NCBI GenBank assembly: GCA_000002445.1
Contig: CP000071.1
Coordinates: 672,001 to 736,000, forward strand
Source of the DNA: Trypanosoma brucei
Lineage: Eukaryota
Reading direction: 5' to 3'
DNA: 64,000 nucleotides
Below, in pieces: positions 52,816-63,789 of the stretch; the stretch's first letter is position 1, and every line of letters begins with the position of its first letter. Under the pieces are notes generated by a model, which did not search any database, had not been told where the DNA came from, and saw only the letters and a list, made by a program, of their open reading frames with translations. A program made the translations under genes and the position numbers.

Positions 52816-53529
52816 ATGGTTGTGCGGGAGGTGGTTAAGCGAGTCCCAAAGCAGGTTGTTCCACTGCATGGTGTGTGTGGTTATGCCCCGGGTTGTATAC
52901 CCGCCTACAGCAATGGTACAGATACAACTTTTACTTACCAAGGTCACTACGCCGACAATTTCTTTATGGGATACAAGTGGCAGTGTGTAGAATTTGCCCG
53001 ACGTTGGTTACTGTTACGCAAGGGCCTAGCCCTCCCGCAGTATGATTTCGCTGCACATCTCATTCACATGCGCGAGGTGTGTGATGCAGAGACGGGGGAA
53101 GTTGTTCCCTGTAAATTCGTATCGCAGGGTTCACCGGAACCACCAGTGGCGGATGCCCTAATCGTGTATCCGGGCACAAGGGAAAATATTTTCGGCCATG
53201 TAGGTGTTATCACACACGTGACTGATGCACTTGTCGGCGTGGCCGATCAGAATCGATTCTTCCATGATTGGGATGGGCGGCCTTACGCAGCGGAGTTCCC
53301 GCTAGAGTGCGTGGATGGACAATATTTCATCAGAGATCCTCTCGTGGAGTGCCGCGGGTGGGTCACATTTCCCGAACGGCCAAACCGCGTCGAGGGAGTG
53401 CCGCTCGTTGTGTCGCCGCATGTGCGTGGTCCTCCAAAGGTTCATATCTGCAAGCGAATCAATTATGTAGCGGGACAGTTGTGGTCGTGGTGTTTCAACA
53501 GAGAATGCATCACGTTTGCTCGAACCTAA
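52816..53529 (+). CDS. Stand-alone CHAP-domain amidase, homologous to the N-terminal amidase domain of glutathionylspermidine/trypanothione synthetase-amidase.
   Basis: GYKWQCVEFARRWLLLRKGLALPQYDFAAHLIHM closely matches the GspA amidase catalytic-Cys region (..CVEFARR..). The catalytic His context ENIFGHVGVITHV is present. No ATP-grasp synthetase domain follows; the ORF stops at 237 aa. Confidence 0.75.
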   Translation: MVVREVVKRVPKQVVPLHGVCGYAPGCIPAYSNGTDTTFTYQGHYADNFFMGYKWQCVEFARRWLLLRKGLALPQYDFAAHLIHMREVCDAETGEVVPCKFVSQGSPEPPVADALIVYPGTRENIFGHVGVITHVTDALVGVADQNRFFHDWDGRPYAAEFPLECVDGQYFIRDPLVECRGWVTFPERPNRVEGVPLVVSPHVRGPPKVHICKRINYVAGQLWSWCFNRECITFART

Positions 53530-53598
53530 ACAACAACGATGAACCTAGAGGAGGGGATGACCAGCCAGCAGTTTATTGCCCTTTGTATCTGGGGTTGC

Positions 53599-53621
53599 AT
53601 GTGTGTGTGTGTGTGTGTGTG
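53599..53621. repeat. (TG)n microsatellite in an intergenic spacer.
   Basis: The sequence reads catgtgtgtgtgtgtgtgtgtgtg. Confidence 0.9.
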
Positions 53622-53997
53622 CTGGAGGGGTAGTGCACGCCCATGGATGTGAGCAGGTCCATTTTTTTGTTGCAATGCACCTACATAAGCAGGTGGCGCA
53701 GGGGACCATATGCTCTTTCTCGCACGCACGGGTGGTAGTTGCCTTCCATATGAGAGTAAACGAGGTGCACGTTAACTATTGTTTGTTATGCAAGTTGGGT
53801 GAAAGAATCTGGTGCCGTGGTGGGCGCCGCGAGACAACGTTGACCAGAAGTAATACTCTGTGTTTATGTGCGCCGTAATTTATTGTGGATCCCATCTCTC
53901 GACGCTCTCTCCACTGCTTCACCACTTCCAGGCACCAGCGAGGCTGTTGCTAAGCATTTGAACTGGTGTTTGGGGTAAAAGGGAGGATATAAGAGGC

Positions 53998-54915
53998 ATG
54001 TACGGCCCGCACCACCGCGTTGCTCCACTTCGTCACACTGGCGCCGGTGTGACGAAACTCCCTCGCAACCATTGCAATCAAGGCCTGCAACGACAGTGCT
54101 CATACGCGACGAACACGCTCCAATCCCTACCATATGACACACAAGGTGCCACGTCAGCAGCAGGAGGAGGCATTGGGTCCCACACGATGCCCGCGCGTAT
54201 GCAACAACCACGGCTATCGGTGCCATCACATTCACATCCGCCGCCCTTCTCACAGCTCGCGACGCAGTCCACACCGACGCAGCTGGGTGACGGGCTTGTG
54301 TCAGGCAGGTCAGTCCCAAACGTAAATTATCAACAACCGTCACAGCAACAACCACAAGGTAGTATGGAGGCTGCAACCGCCTTGCTGGCCTTTACGCAGG
54401 CAATCCAGGGGCAGGAAAGGCACATGGCCACAGGTTGTCAGAGCCTCTTGCATTTACGTGCCATAGCGGAGGCACAAAGTGCGCAAGTCGCCGCGGTGAA
54501 TGCACTCGCCACAGAAGTTCGGGCAATGGTCGAAGCAACTCGCGATGTATGCCTTCTGTTGACACGTACGAGGGAACAGCTTCCCGAAACCAAAACTTCA
54601 GGAGTCCATCGGCGCGAGTCCCATGGGCCCTTCCGTCCCTTTTCGAGGCTTGTGCTCGGCGAGGAATGTTCCCCCCACGCCTCACCTGTGGAGGTTGCAA
54701 GTGAACACAGCGGAAACGAGAATAAAACTAACGTTAAAACGTGCGGATGGAGGGACGGCGTCAACGATACGGGTGCAGCGTACATTTCAGCGACCGCCGG
54801 CTTGAAAAGTGTCGTACTGCGAGGTGCAGGAGACGGAGCAGCAGCAGCAGCAGCGTCGCCAGTTGAGAACACCTCACAACCACAGTACATCGAAGATGAC
54901 ATTTTCTCTATGTGA
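53998..54915 (+). CDS. Hypothetical Gln/Ser-rich protein, 305 aa.
   Basis: A + strand ORF with low-complexity QQPSQQQPQG and an Ala-rich tail. The start is uncertain. Confidence 0.35.
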   Translation: MYGPHHRVAPLRHTGAGVTKLPRNHCNQGLQRQCSYATNTLQSLPYDTQGATSAAGGGIGSHTMPARMQQPRLSVPSHSHPPPFSQLATQSTPTQLGDGLVSGRSVPNVNYQQPSQQQPQGSMEAATALLAFTQAIQGQERHMATGCQSLLHLRAIAEAQSAQVAAVNALATEVRAMVEATRDVCLLLTRTREQLPETKTSGVHRRESHGPFRPFSRLVLGEECSPHASPVEVASEHSGNENKTNVKTCGWRDGVNDTGAAYISATAGLKSVVLRGAGDGAAAAAASPVENTSQPQYIEDDIFSM

Positions 54916-55523
54916 AGAATTAGCGTGGCGCTCCTTTGACATGTTCCTGTGGGCGTGTAGCTCCAACAGTGTGACCTTCTTCTTTTTTTTTTCGTGATTG
55001 CTTAACAAACACACACAGGTGTCCTCATCTAAATGGATAGGTACCGTGTATGTGGGGGAGAAGGGGCTGGGTTATGGCCTTCCGTGATCCTAAGGAACAA
55101 CCGAAATCTGATCCCACTTTACCTCCTTTTCACTTCTTCACATGTGACTGTCCGGCATGTGCCGTTTTTGACATTGTGATTACGGTGTGCTCATCAACAC
55201 CATTTGGTTTTCGTAACCGTTGTTATTTTTTTTCGATATACCAGTTGATTTGTGCCACATGAGAATTAGCCTTAACAACAACGCTATAACCATGTTGAGC
55301 GCATTTGCAGTAGACACATATTTTCTTATCTTTCCTACTTTTATCATCTGCTTGTGTGCGGCCTGAATAACAGTTGGGGAGAGGGGAACAGTGCCAGAGA
55401 GTTAAAAAAAAACTTAACACTTCACCGCAGTAGTAAATAAATTCTCCCGCCGTTGTTTACTCTGCAGATGCTCTTGATAATTTCCTCCAATGTATTTTTC
55501 TCTATTCTAAGAGCATAAAAAGG

Positions 55524-58500
55524 TTGGGGAAAGGGAAGGAAGTGATGAGTGATTTTGACAACAAATGTCAACCCTCCCTAAGGAATAACCTTCGCTCAGC
55601 TACAGAAACACTTAACCGTCTGTGTCGAGCGACGCCAGAGCAAGATATAGGTAGAATGCTTCGGGGAAATAAGACAACTCCACAATACAAAGCCGCTGTT
55701 ACACCTTCAGCGAGGGAAAACAACACCTACCCAACCAGATCCTCACCGGCAGTAGCGACATCAGCTTCGCGGGCCCCAGGCACGGCGGGCGAGTGGGCCA
55801 ATGCCTTCCGTCTTCTTCAATCCCAAGTGTATAACTGTGTGGTAGAGCTTGACACGGAACGAGTTGTGCGCAGCAACAACATCCGTGAAGTGGAGCAAAC
55901 ACTCTCAGGTCATGTGGGGGAGTTGCGTGCCATGATACTGCAGATGAAGAAGGAAAATGAGTACTTGACAGGTGTAGTTCGATCGCTTCAGAAGCGGGTG
56001 TCGCCACATCGCGCTGGTAGGAGCATCGGCAACGGAGAGCATACGATCACCTCTGCTGCGCCTCCTCAAACAATGACCACCGTGGCCGGTATGGCTGCGC
56101 TTACAGAGCGATTGGAAGCGTTAGAAGATACCGTAGCACGGCAGCAGCGAGTTGTCGGAGACCGCAACACTCGGCTGGAGGGAAATATCCGTGAGATGGT
56201 GGGAAACGCCGTAAATATCGAAGTGGAACGAACACGCCGCATTGCGCGTGAGGCGGCCCGCGACTGCACCGACGAACTTGTGCGCACTCACCTTGCATCC
56301 ATACAAGCGGTCCTTCAGAGTGAACGTCAGCATCAGCAGAAGGTTGATAGCGCATCAAGCGACGCGGTACGTGAGGTGGTGCAACACTTCAGGAGGCTAG
56401 AGGTTGATGTGCAGCGGCGTTTGCAAGAGATGAATTCAACAATTACTGTTATAAGGCAACAGCAACAACAGCGGGAGTCAGAAATTCAGGAGCTTTCGGT
56501 CCGTGTCGCGCAGGATGTCTCAGCAGTAGAAAGATCCGTCGAGGCTGCTCGGCGTGAGCTGCAGAGCGGTATAGCAAAGAACGCACAGGCCAATGAGGCA
56601 CGCGCTGAAGCAACTCAACTCGCCTTGGAGGCTGCGGTTGCAGAACGGGCGATTGCAGCAAGTAAAGAGGTTGTTATGCACAGGGCCACTATCATTGATG
56701 CAGCAGAGGCTGGAGCCAAGCAAAAAGAACAGCAGGAAGAGCAGCGTTTGCTACGGCGACTTGAGGATGCGCAGCGTACCAATGAAACGGTTCAACGGCA
56801 ACAAGAAAAGTTAGAGGAGCAACTGAAGGGGCTGCAGAGTGTAGTGCAAGAACTTCAGCAACAGCTTGTTGAGGCGGTTAAGGCATCCAATGTCGCATCA
56901 GCGGATATAACAAAGTGGAAGGCGCGTATCCGCGAGGCGCTAACGACAAGCGAGGAAGCCCGCACGCTCGCACAGGAGTCCACTGCGTGTGCGCAGAAGA
57001 CAGAGGACTCAGTGCGCGAGGCACTGGCGCGTTCTGGGGTGCAATTGAAGAGACTGGTGGCGGATCACGAGAATGGCACTCTTTTGACTCAGCAACTCAC
57101 TGAAAAGCTTGAGGCAACTGAAGCCCGTCTCGCTTCGACCCGAACTGTCGTGGACGACCTGAGCGAACGCCATAAAAATAGTTTACTCCCAATGACCGCA
57201 AGGGTGGAGACGCTCCACCGAAGTTTGCAAGACATCTTTGGACCGAAGATGGAGGAGATAAGTGGTTCTCTAGTAGAATTGAAAGCAACTGTGGAGCAGC
57301 TACAGTTAAATGCCTCCTCACGGTCGAAGTCAGACGCCCGACAACTATCGGATATGAGGCGTGAGTACACCACCGACATACAGCAACTGAAGGATTGTTT
57401 ACACCAACAGGTACGTGAGTGGAAGCAGGAGTGCTGCACATCGTCAAGTACACTAAAGGCGGCAGTGGATGGGTTAAGTGACACAGTAAAGTTGCAGGAG
57501 CAGTCAACCACGAGGAGAGAAGCACTACATGCATCAGCCGCAGAAGTTGCAGTGCTTTCGGATAGGGTGCAGGCGTTGGAGGCGGCACGTGAGGCGGTTG
57601 AATGGCGAGTTGCAAGAGGGGGAAAGACATCAAACCTCGCCACAGCCACTGAAGGAGCTCAACAGTCAGCAGGAGAAACAACGGTAAACTCATCCGTTGG
57701 GGAACCAGGAGCCGCTACAGATTCAGAACTAGGAAATAATGGTGAGGTCATTTACGAACTCCGGCATCGAATCACCGCCGTGGAGCAATGTGTACGGAGT
57801 CGTGAGGACAACCTCCAAAAACTGGTACGCAACGACATACAAAAAGAAGTAGGGAGACTTGAGCAACTGGTAAACCGCATGGATGAAGAGAACACATCTA
57901 GGATGCAACTGCTGCGAGTGCAGCTCAGTGACGACGTGGCAACGCGGTGCAAAGGCATGCTATGCGAAGTGGAAACCCCTGCACAACGTCAGTTACAGTT
58001 GCAAGTGGATCGCCTACGCGAGTCATTGAACCCGGCAAAACTCATTGCTGCTATCGAAGCTGATGTGGAACTTCAGAACCACCTTTCACTTGCATTGCAA
58101 GACGCTTTCGCCCCGCGCGTTGGCACATCCGAGTCCTTCGTACAAATGAAACGACGACTACAGAAGGCGGAGGATGAACTAGCCGAAGTGAAAGTGCATA
58201 CACGTGAACAGAATGAAAGAATGAAGATAATAGAATCGAATTCGGAGAAATACATGTGGGAATCTAGTAACCAGACCCAAGGAGAGGGAAGTGCGGGCGG
58301 AAGGTCAGAGGTAGGTGTGCTTTTGCAGTTACTGCAGACAAGCATGAAACAGTTGCAGGAGGAGCAAGCGGCAGCGAGGCGCGAGCGCGAGTTGTTACGA
58401 ACGACCGCGAAGGTAGTGGAAACGGCCGCCCCCGCAGTAGAGGTAACTAGTGGAGAGGGCCCAAGTGCCGGCCACCACTGCACCTCTGCGGATGAAATGG

Positions 58501-59084
58501 TTAGGTCGGATTTAAAGACCTATTTGGAGGGTTGTATCAATGCCGTCGAGGCAAAGGTTGAGGCGGCTGCGCAGTCTACTGCTGACACGCTTGATGTTCT
58601 AAAGCAGAGCATCGAGATGTGCGTGTCGTTTTTTGTTGATGAAGTGAACGCCTCTGCACTATTAAACCCCTTATTTTTACCCATAGAAGCAGGTCAGAAT
58701 AAACTAAACGTGAACACCGTGAAGGGTTTGGATGGTGTGCTCTTATTTCTTTGGCAACACCAGTGTGGTTTACAGGCTGCCGTACAGGCGCTGCAGGACG
58801 GGAGTTTAGGCACACTCGACTTGCTGCAGCATCACGAAGAACAGCTAGCGCTGCTGCAACCGGTGGGGCCGCTTGCAACTCACACTGCAGCTCAGTTGGA
58901 GCGGCTTGCTGTCAGTTTGGGCCTTCCACTCGATACGGATGCCATGGATGAGATGGAGGAGGAAGTGGAAGTGGAAGGCGAATTGATAGAAGACGATGAT
59001 AATGATGATGAATTAATGGAGGAAAGTGAGGAGTTGGTGGAGGAAGAGGAGGATGAGGCAGAACAGCCTGATGAAGAAGTGTAA
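55524..59084 (+). CDS. Long coiled-coil protein, 1186 aa, with a strongly acidic C-terminal tail.
   Basis: Extensive heptad-like sequence with Gln/Glu/Leu/Arg-rich segments such as LEEQLKGLQSVVQELQQQLVEAVKA. The tail is DEMEEEVEVEGELIEDDDNDDELMEESEELVEEEEDEAEQPDEEV. Confidence 0.6.
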   Translation: MGKGKEVMSDFDNKCQPSLRNNLRSATETLNRLCRATPEQDIGRMLRGNKTTPQYKAAVTPSARENNTYPTRSSPAVATSASRAPGTAGEWANAFRLLQSQVYNCVVELDTERVVRSNNIREVEQTLSGHVGELRAMILQMKKENEYLTGVVRSLQKRVSPHRAGRSIGNGEHTITSAAPPQTMTTVAGMAALTERLEALEDTVARQQRVVGDRNTRLEGNIREMVGNAVNIEVERTRRIAREAARDCTDELVRTHLASIQAVLQSERQHQQKVDSASSDAVREVVQHFRRLEVDVQRRLQEMNSTITVIRQQQQQRESEIQELSVRVAQDVSAVERSVEAARRELQSGIAKNAQANEARAEATQLALEAAVAERAIAASKEVVMHRATIIDAAEAGAKQKEQQEEQRLLRRLEDAQRTNETVQRQQEKLEEQLKGLQSVVQELQQQLVEAVKASNVASADITKWKARIREALTTSEEARTLAQESTACAQKTEDSVREALARSGVQLKRLVADHENGTLLTQQLTEKLEATEARLASTRTVVDDLSERHKNSLLPMTARVETLHRSLQDIFGPKMEEISGSLVELKATVEQLQLNASSRSKSDARQLSDMRREYTTDIQQLKDCLHQQVREWKQECCTSSSTLKAAVDGLSDTVKLQEQSTTRREALHASAAEVAVLSDRVQALEAAREAVEWRVARGGKTSNLATATEGAQQSAGETTVNSSVGEPGAATDSELGNNGEVIYELRHRITAVEQCVRSREDNLQKLVRNDIQKEVGRLEQLVNRMDEENTSRMQLLRVQLSDDVATRCKGMLCEVETPAQRQLQLQVDRLRESLNPAKLIAAIEADVELQNHLSLALQDAFAPRVGTSESFVQMKRRLQKAEDELAEVKVHTREQNERMKIIESNSEKYMWESSNQTQGEGSAGGRSEVGVLLQLLQTSMKQLQEEQAAARRERELLRTTAKVVETAAPAVEVTSGEGPSAGHHCTSADEMVRSDLKTYLEGCINAVEAKVEAAAQSTADTLDVLKQSIEMCVSFFVDEVNASALLNPLFLPIEAGQNKLNVNTVKGLDGVLLFLWQHQCGLQAAVQALQDGSLGTLDLLQHHEEQLALLQPVGPLATHTAAQLERLAVSLGLPLDTDAMDEMEEEVEVEGELIEDDDNDDELMEESEELVEEEEDEAEQPDEEV

Positions 59085-60009
59085 ACAGTGGTTACAAATA
59101 GGTGGAGTGTGGTCACGGTTAAATCGTAACGTGAAGTGAATTTTGTCCTGTGTTATTTTGTTTTTTTCCAGTTTATTACTAACCTTACCAGTTAAAAATG
59201 CTTAATGGGCGTTGGTCCAAGTGCGTGTCCCTCAGTTGGGCGCTGCACCGGATCCTAGTAAATGTTATGCTGCTATTGCACGAGTCAAATCCAATAGAAA
59301 AGATTTAAAAGGGGGATTGAACGAGTAGGGCAAGAACGAAGGTAAATTGAAGCGCAGGGAAGCAGTCAGAAGGAATGAAGAAACGAATGGGAAACATTGT
59401 GAATGGGAGAGAAAACAAAATACTTCAGGGGGGAAATAGAGTGGTGATTATATCTCTTCAGTTTGAAACTGTGCAGGTGTCAGGCACAGGTGTTTGTACT
59501 TTTTTAAAAAAAAACATACGTATTGCCCCATACGCACGCACGAACGGTTTGTGTGACGTGCCCGCTGGGAGTGTTGTTGTCTTTTTCCCCCTCCTCTCCT
59601 TTTTCCTATGCGTTTTTTTGTTTTGTTTTGTCTTTGATTTTTGCTCTTTACTTTGTTTTAGCTACCCCTCTGAATTCACTCGTTTTTTTTCTCTTGTTTC
59701 TTGCTAGTTGCTTCGGTTTTCCCCCCACGAAATAACATTATGTTGCTACTAACGTGGTGTGAAGACGCCTAACGTGAAGTGGAGGTTAACCGTGAAACAC
59801 CAAAGTGCGTTCGCGCACGTGATCCCGAGATCACTTAATAAAATATAAATAAATTTACCTACTTATTTATACCCATCCCTTTTGTTGTCCCTGTATCAGC
59901 ATCCTTTCATTTGTCTACTTGTCAATATATACTTTCCTTTCCTCACCCCTCACTGCGGAAGAAGCCAGTCCTCCATCAAGTAGCGAAAAGTGGTCGAAGA
60001 GGAGATCGT

Positions 60010-60615
60010 ATGAGCCTTTTAAAAGCAGATCAATTGCGGCGCGATCTGTTCATCAAGTATAGCGATAAAATTGCCGAACTTCTTGGTGAAACGGAGGAAT
60101 GCAGCCCAACAGAAGAGCAGCGGGAAAAAGAAGAGATCGAAACTACGGAGCAACGAGGTCTCAGTAGTCTCCCAAAGCGGTTCCGTATTTCCTACCCCCG
60201 ACAACATCTTCTTAGGCAGCGTGCCATGCAAATGCCTCCTGCTGCTGATGTCGGCGATGCAGAGAACAGCCCCGCTTCCGCTTCTAATTCAACATGTCCA
60301 CCACTCGGAGAGACTGCCACCGATGAGGACGAAAATGTAGAAACAATATGGGTGGAACTGGATGAAGAGGAAAAACGACCAGTGTATAATGAGCCCTATC
60401 CATCAGTTAAGAGGATGATGCGGCGCATGCAGGATGAGTCATTGCGTCTGTTGATGCGTGAAGCTCGCATACCAGTGACCCCTCACCAGGGCGATGCGTA
60501 CCTCTTGCAGCGGATGGAGGTTTTGCAGCAACTAGAAAAGAATATTGGAGACGATCGCATCAAGATTTTGGCGCGGTTGCAAAAGATGGATGGAAAACTT
60601 CATACATGCGAGTAG
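60010..60615 (+). CDS. Hypothetical protein, about 201 aa from ATG 60010.
   Basis: The ORF from 59911 starts inside a pyrimidine tract. MSLLKADQLRRDLFIKY is the likelier start. The protein has an acidic middle and no recognised domain. Confidence 0.4.
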   Translation: MSLLKADQLRRDLFIKYSDKIAELLGETEECSPTEEQREKEEIETTEQRGLSSLPKRFRISYPRQHLLRQRAMQMPPAADVGDAENSPASASNSTCPPLGETATDEDENVETIWVELDEEEKRPVYNEPYPSVKRMMRRMQDESLRLLMREARIPVTPHQGDAYLLQRMEVLQQLEKNIGDDRIKILARLQKMDGKLHTCE

Positions 60616-61251
60616 CAGTCTCCTACCGCGGGGCGCGGGACCTCTTCATGCCCATGTACAGTAAGAAACAACGTCTGTGACACCAATACCACCAGCCGGG
60701 GATATGTGTTTTTTAGGCAAGAAGCTTCTACTGGCACAGCACACTCTTTCCTCACTAGCCGTTACGGTAACCACGGGACTGAAGTCGCAAAAGAAAAAAA
60801 AGGTGGAAGAATGGAGGAGTTGTAAAGACAAAGCAAGAGAGATGACAGAGCGCTCAGCAAGCGATACATTTTCTTCTTTTTTTTTTGCTTTTTACCGCTA
60901 TCATGTAGTCTTTGTACAACTCCTAAATGCAAACGCGAACAACACCACAAAAACACGGTGGACGACGATAAAACATGCCGTAAACTCCGACACGGTGACA
61001 ATGCGATTGAATGATGATGATTCTATTTTTTCCCCCCTATTTTGACTTGAATTTTACCCCTCACCTCCCGTGCACTCTCACCTTTATGGGGTTCCTACAT
61101 TCGTATTACGTGCTCAAACTACAACCAACATATAAAACGAGCAACACACTGCAGTACTCCACTGTGCAAAAAAAAAAAGTCAGGAAAGTAACGCTGTACG
61201 CGTTCACATAAGACAATCAGAACAAATATACATATATATATATATATATAT

Positions 61252-62184
61252 ATGGGACAACACAGCGCCAAGGAGTTCAGGGGATCAAGACGAGGCGAAA
61301 GCAATAGTGGCGTTTTCCCCCTGGGGCCAGGTCATGCACATGTCGGTATGGGTTCAACGAAAAAACCACTGGGCATACATACATCGGCTGTACAGAACAA
61401 TGTCCTTCGACAGCGTAACCAACATCGGAGGGTTATGCATGAGGAAGGTGGTTCCCATCCCCGTGGACAGGAGGCAGACGGTTCCCATGGCGAGGATATT
61501 GCTGAAGAGAAGTTTCCTGTAGTGATTCGCTATGCAGCTCATGATGTTCGTTCACTTCTGTCCAGTAATGAAAAAGTTTACGTCGCAGTAGAATCACTTA
61601 ATTGGAGCAAGTTGCCCATGACTGCTAGCGAAGATTCATTTTATGCAATTGTAGAGCTTCCGCAAGGCCCACAACGGTTTCGCTTCGTTGTGGGTGAGAC
61701 GGAAGTAGTGGATACAGCACAACCCATCGAGGATATTGCGGAAGGTACACCACTGCTTGAACCGCGTGGTGACGTCGGGCACAAGGGGGAAACTCGGGCG
61801 AATGTCATACACGTTAACAAGGCGCTGCTTCTAACCAAAGAAGATGAAGAGGTGCCTGATGATGGCAGTGGATGGGGACAAGAGGAGATTATTCATAAGG
61901 AAGATCGTAAGCACCCACCCATTATGCCAGTACATTTACGTTACACACCGGTTAATACACCACTAACTGCCGCTCGATGTGCACTTGACGGTTTCATGCG
62001 CACCACTGACGAAGATACCGTGTCCCCCGAAAATCTCCCTATTCCGCTCAGTGTCACTGTTAATCACGTGTATTTTCAGCGCCGTGAGGACCACTGTGTT
62101 ACGGCCATGACGACCCGTTTTTGCAACAAGTATTCAACGATGGTATATTATTCAAAGGCGGAACCCACGGCATCCCTCCAATAA
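61252..62184 (+). CDS. AMPK/SNF1 kinase beta-subunit-like protein, with a CBM/KIS domain, a C-terminal association domain and an N-terminal myristoylation signal.
   Basis: It starts MGQHSAKEF, with Gly2 as in myristoylated AMPK beta. The carbohydrate-binding-module core is PVVIRYAAHDVRSLLSSNEKVYVAVESLNWSKLPMTASEDSFYAIVELPQGPQRFRFVVGETEVVD (compare the AMPK beta pattern WSKLPLTRS..F.AI.DLPEG.HQYKF.VDG). A conserved C-terminal segment reads HVYFQRREDHCVTAMTTRFCNKYSTMVYY. Confidence 0.65.
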   Translation: MGQHSAKEFRGSRRGESNSGVFPLGPGHAHVGMGSTKKPLGIHTSAVQNNVLRQRNQHRRVMHEEGGSHPRGQEADGSHGEDIAEEKFPVVIRYAAHDVRSLLSSNEKVYVAVESLNWSKLPMTASEDSFYAIVELPQGPQRFRFVVGETEVVDTAQPIEDIAEGTPLLEPRGDVGHKGETRANVIHVNKALLLTKEDEEVPDDGSGWGQEEIIHKEDRKHPPIMPVHLRYTPVNTPLTAARCALDGFMRTTDEDTVSPENLPIPLSVTVNHVYFQRREDHCVTAMTTRFCNKYSTMVYYSKAEPTASLQ

Positions 62185-62934
62185 GGGGGTTCGAAAAAGA
62201 AAAGCCGGGTTGTGTTTTTTTTTAAAAAAACACACACACAACAAAAAAATAAGATGGAAATAGCAGACGAAAAGAAAAAGGGGGAGACAGAGGTACCGTC
62301 ACATACCCTCATTGCTATCGGTGTCGTTTGTTAGCTTTCTCCTTTCCTCTAACATTAGTGGTGAAAGGTAGCACAAGACGAATGAAAGCAAAAGAAAAAA
62401 AACAGAGAAACCCCATGTCGTGCCTTGTTTGTTAAGCGACGTGGCTGTGCGTACGCACGCGGTCGGGAAAACAAAAATAAACTTTATCGCAACGAGCAAT
62501 TGTCGAAGATGGGGAAAAACAAAAAACAAAGTACACGAGTCATGGAGTCCGTGTACTCACTGTACCAACAACATGAGTGAGTACATATATATATATTTTT
62601 TTTCCCCCCGTGCAAATCGCTTAGCTACACACAAGAGGAAAAGCAAAAAAAAAAAAAAACGTACTCATACCTATACACAAACGGATTGGAGACTCGTGCA
62701 GCTGGGTTCACCGCCTTATTTGCTGATGACGCGCAAGGCGCCTGTCCATTGGATTAATGCACTGCGTAACTGAACCGATCTAACGTTCAAATGACTCTCT
62801 TACTTCCCCTTCCCTGTTTTGTCGTGACAACAATGATATCTGTTTGCCCTATTTGATAGTCACAACAACGGACGTGGTACAAGATACACCAAAATTCCTC
62901 TAAAGTCTCTTTTCGTACCTTCGTGTAGTAAGCA

Positions 62935-63789
62935 ATGAAAAAGCGAGTGGCGGTCTCCTGCTGCGTGGCGGGTGTCCTGCTTTTTGCAGCAGCAGTAGCC
63001 ATACACCGCACAGCGCCTACCACCATCGAACAAAAAAAGCTCGCGGCATGGGTCTACACCGGATTTAGAAGCGCGACCGAACGCACAAAGGCCACTGTCA
63101 CCGCTCTTGTCCCGGAGCCCATGAAGCCCCATATAAAGCAACTTTTAGCTGGGGCAACGTCAGTGACGTTAGTGGGTCAAGGTTTCCGTAGGATTCCGGG
63201 CATCGCCACCGCAATCAGCGCCTCCGCCCAAACAACAAAGCAACAAAATGTTGTTGAGATAATCATGGCCAAGCCTGTGGATAAGCTCTTGTATGCTGTG
63301 GGCGCTATTTTTGCCCAGGCATTTCTGCTGCGATTACTTGTGAAACCACCGGGTTACTGGGGGCCTGTGAAGGATCAGAAAGTGTGGCGCAACTTCTTCA
63401 CCACGCAGGCAGGCTGGTTTCTGCTTGTTGTTTGTGTAGCGCTTCCAAATTGTGTGGTAGATGCCGGTTTCATCATTACACTGCTCGGTCGCCTGCCATC
63501 AGAAACGTACCTCCCAGCTCTTGTCGTTGGGAAACTTTTACAGCCGTACGTCGCCACAGCGCTGTTCTGCTCGCCAACTTTTGTACGCTGGCTGCCGCAG
63601 GTGTGGAAAGTGATGGATGCCAAGGGAAGCGAGGATGACCAAAGCGGAGCGAAGGTGGTATTTTGGGCTTTGCTAACAACCGCTGTTCTTCTTGCGGGTA
63701 CGAATGGGGTCACTATGTTGTGGCGGCGGGATGGAAGCAATGACGAAGAGGAGGAGTTAGTCCTTGAGGATGCAGAAGCGGAAAACTAA
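62935..63789 (+). CDS. Hypothetical membrane protein, 284 aa, with multiple predicted TM helices.
   Basis: It has a signal/anchor-like N-terminus, MKKRVAVSCCVAGVLLFAAAVAI. Further hydrophobic segments are AGWFLLVVCVALP, GFIITLLG and VVFWALLTTAVLLAG. The C-terminus is acidic. Confidence 0.5.
   Translation: MKKRVAVSCCVAGVLLFAAAVAIHRTAPTTIEQKKLAAWVYTGFRSATERTKATVTALVPEPMKPHIKQLLAGATSVTLVGQGFRRIPGIATAISASAQTTKQQNVVEIIMAKPVDKLLYAVGAIFAQAFLLRLLVKPPGYWGPVKDQKVWRNFFTTQAGWFLLVVCVALPNCVVDAGFIITLLGRLPSETYLPALVVGKLLQPYVATALFCSPTFVRWLPQVWKVMDAKGSEDDQSGAKVVFWALLTTAVLLAGTNGVTMLWRRDGSNDEEEELVLEDAEAEN

Noticed and set aside
56066-57693. Minus-strand ORFs of up to 198 aa within the coiled-coil protein gene.
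   Set aside because: Antisense ORFs are common in repetitive GC-rich coiled-coil coding sequence (Ala/Ser/Arg/Leu-rich). They have no independent support.
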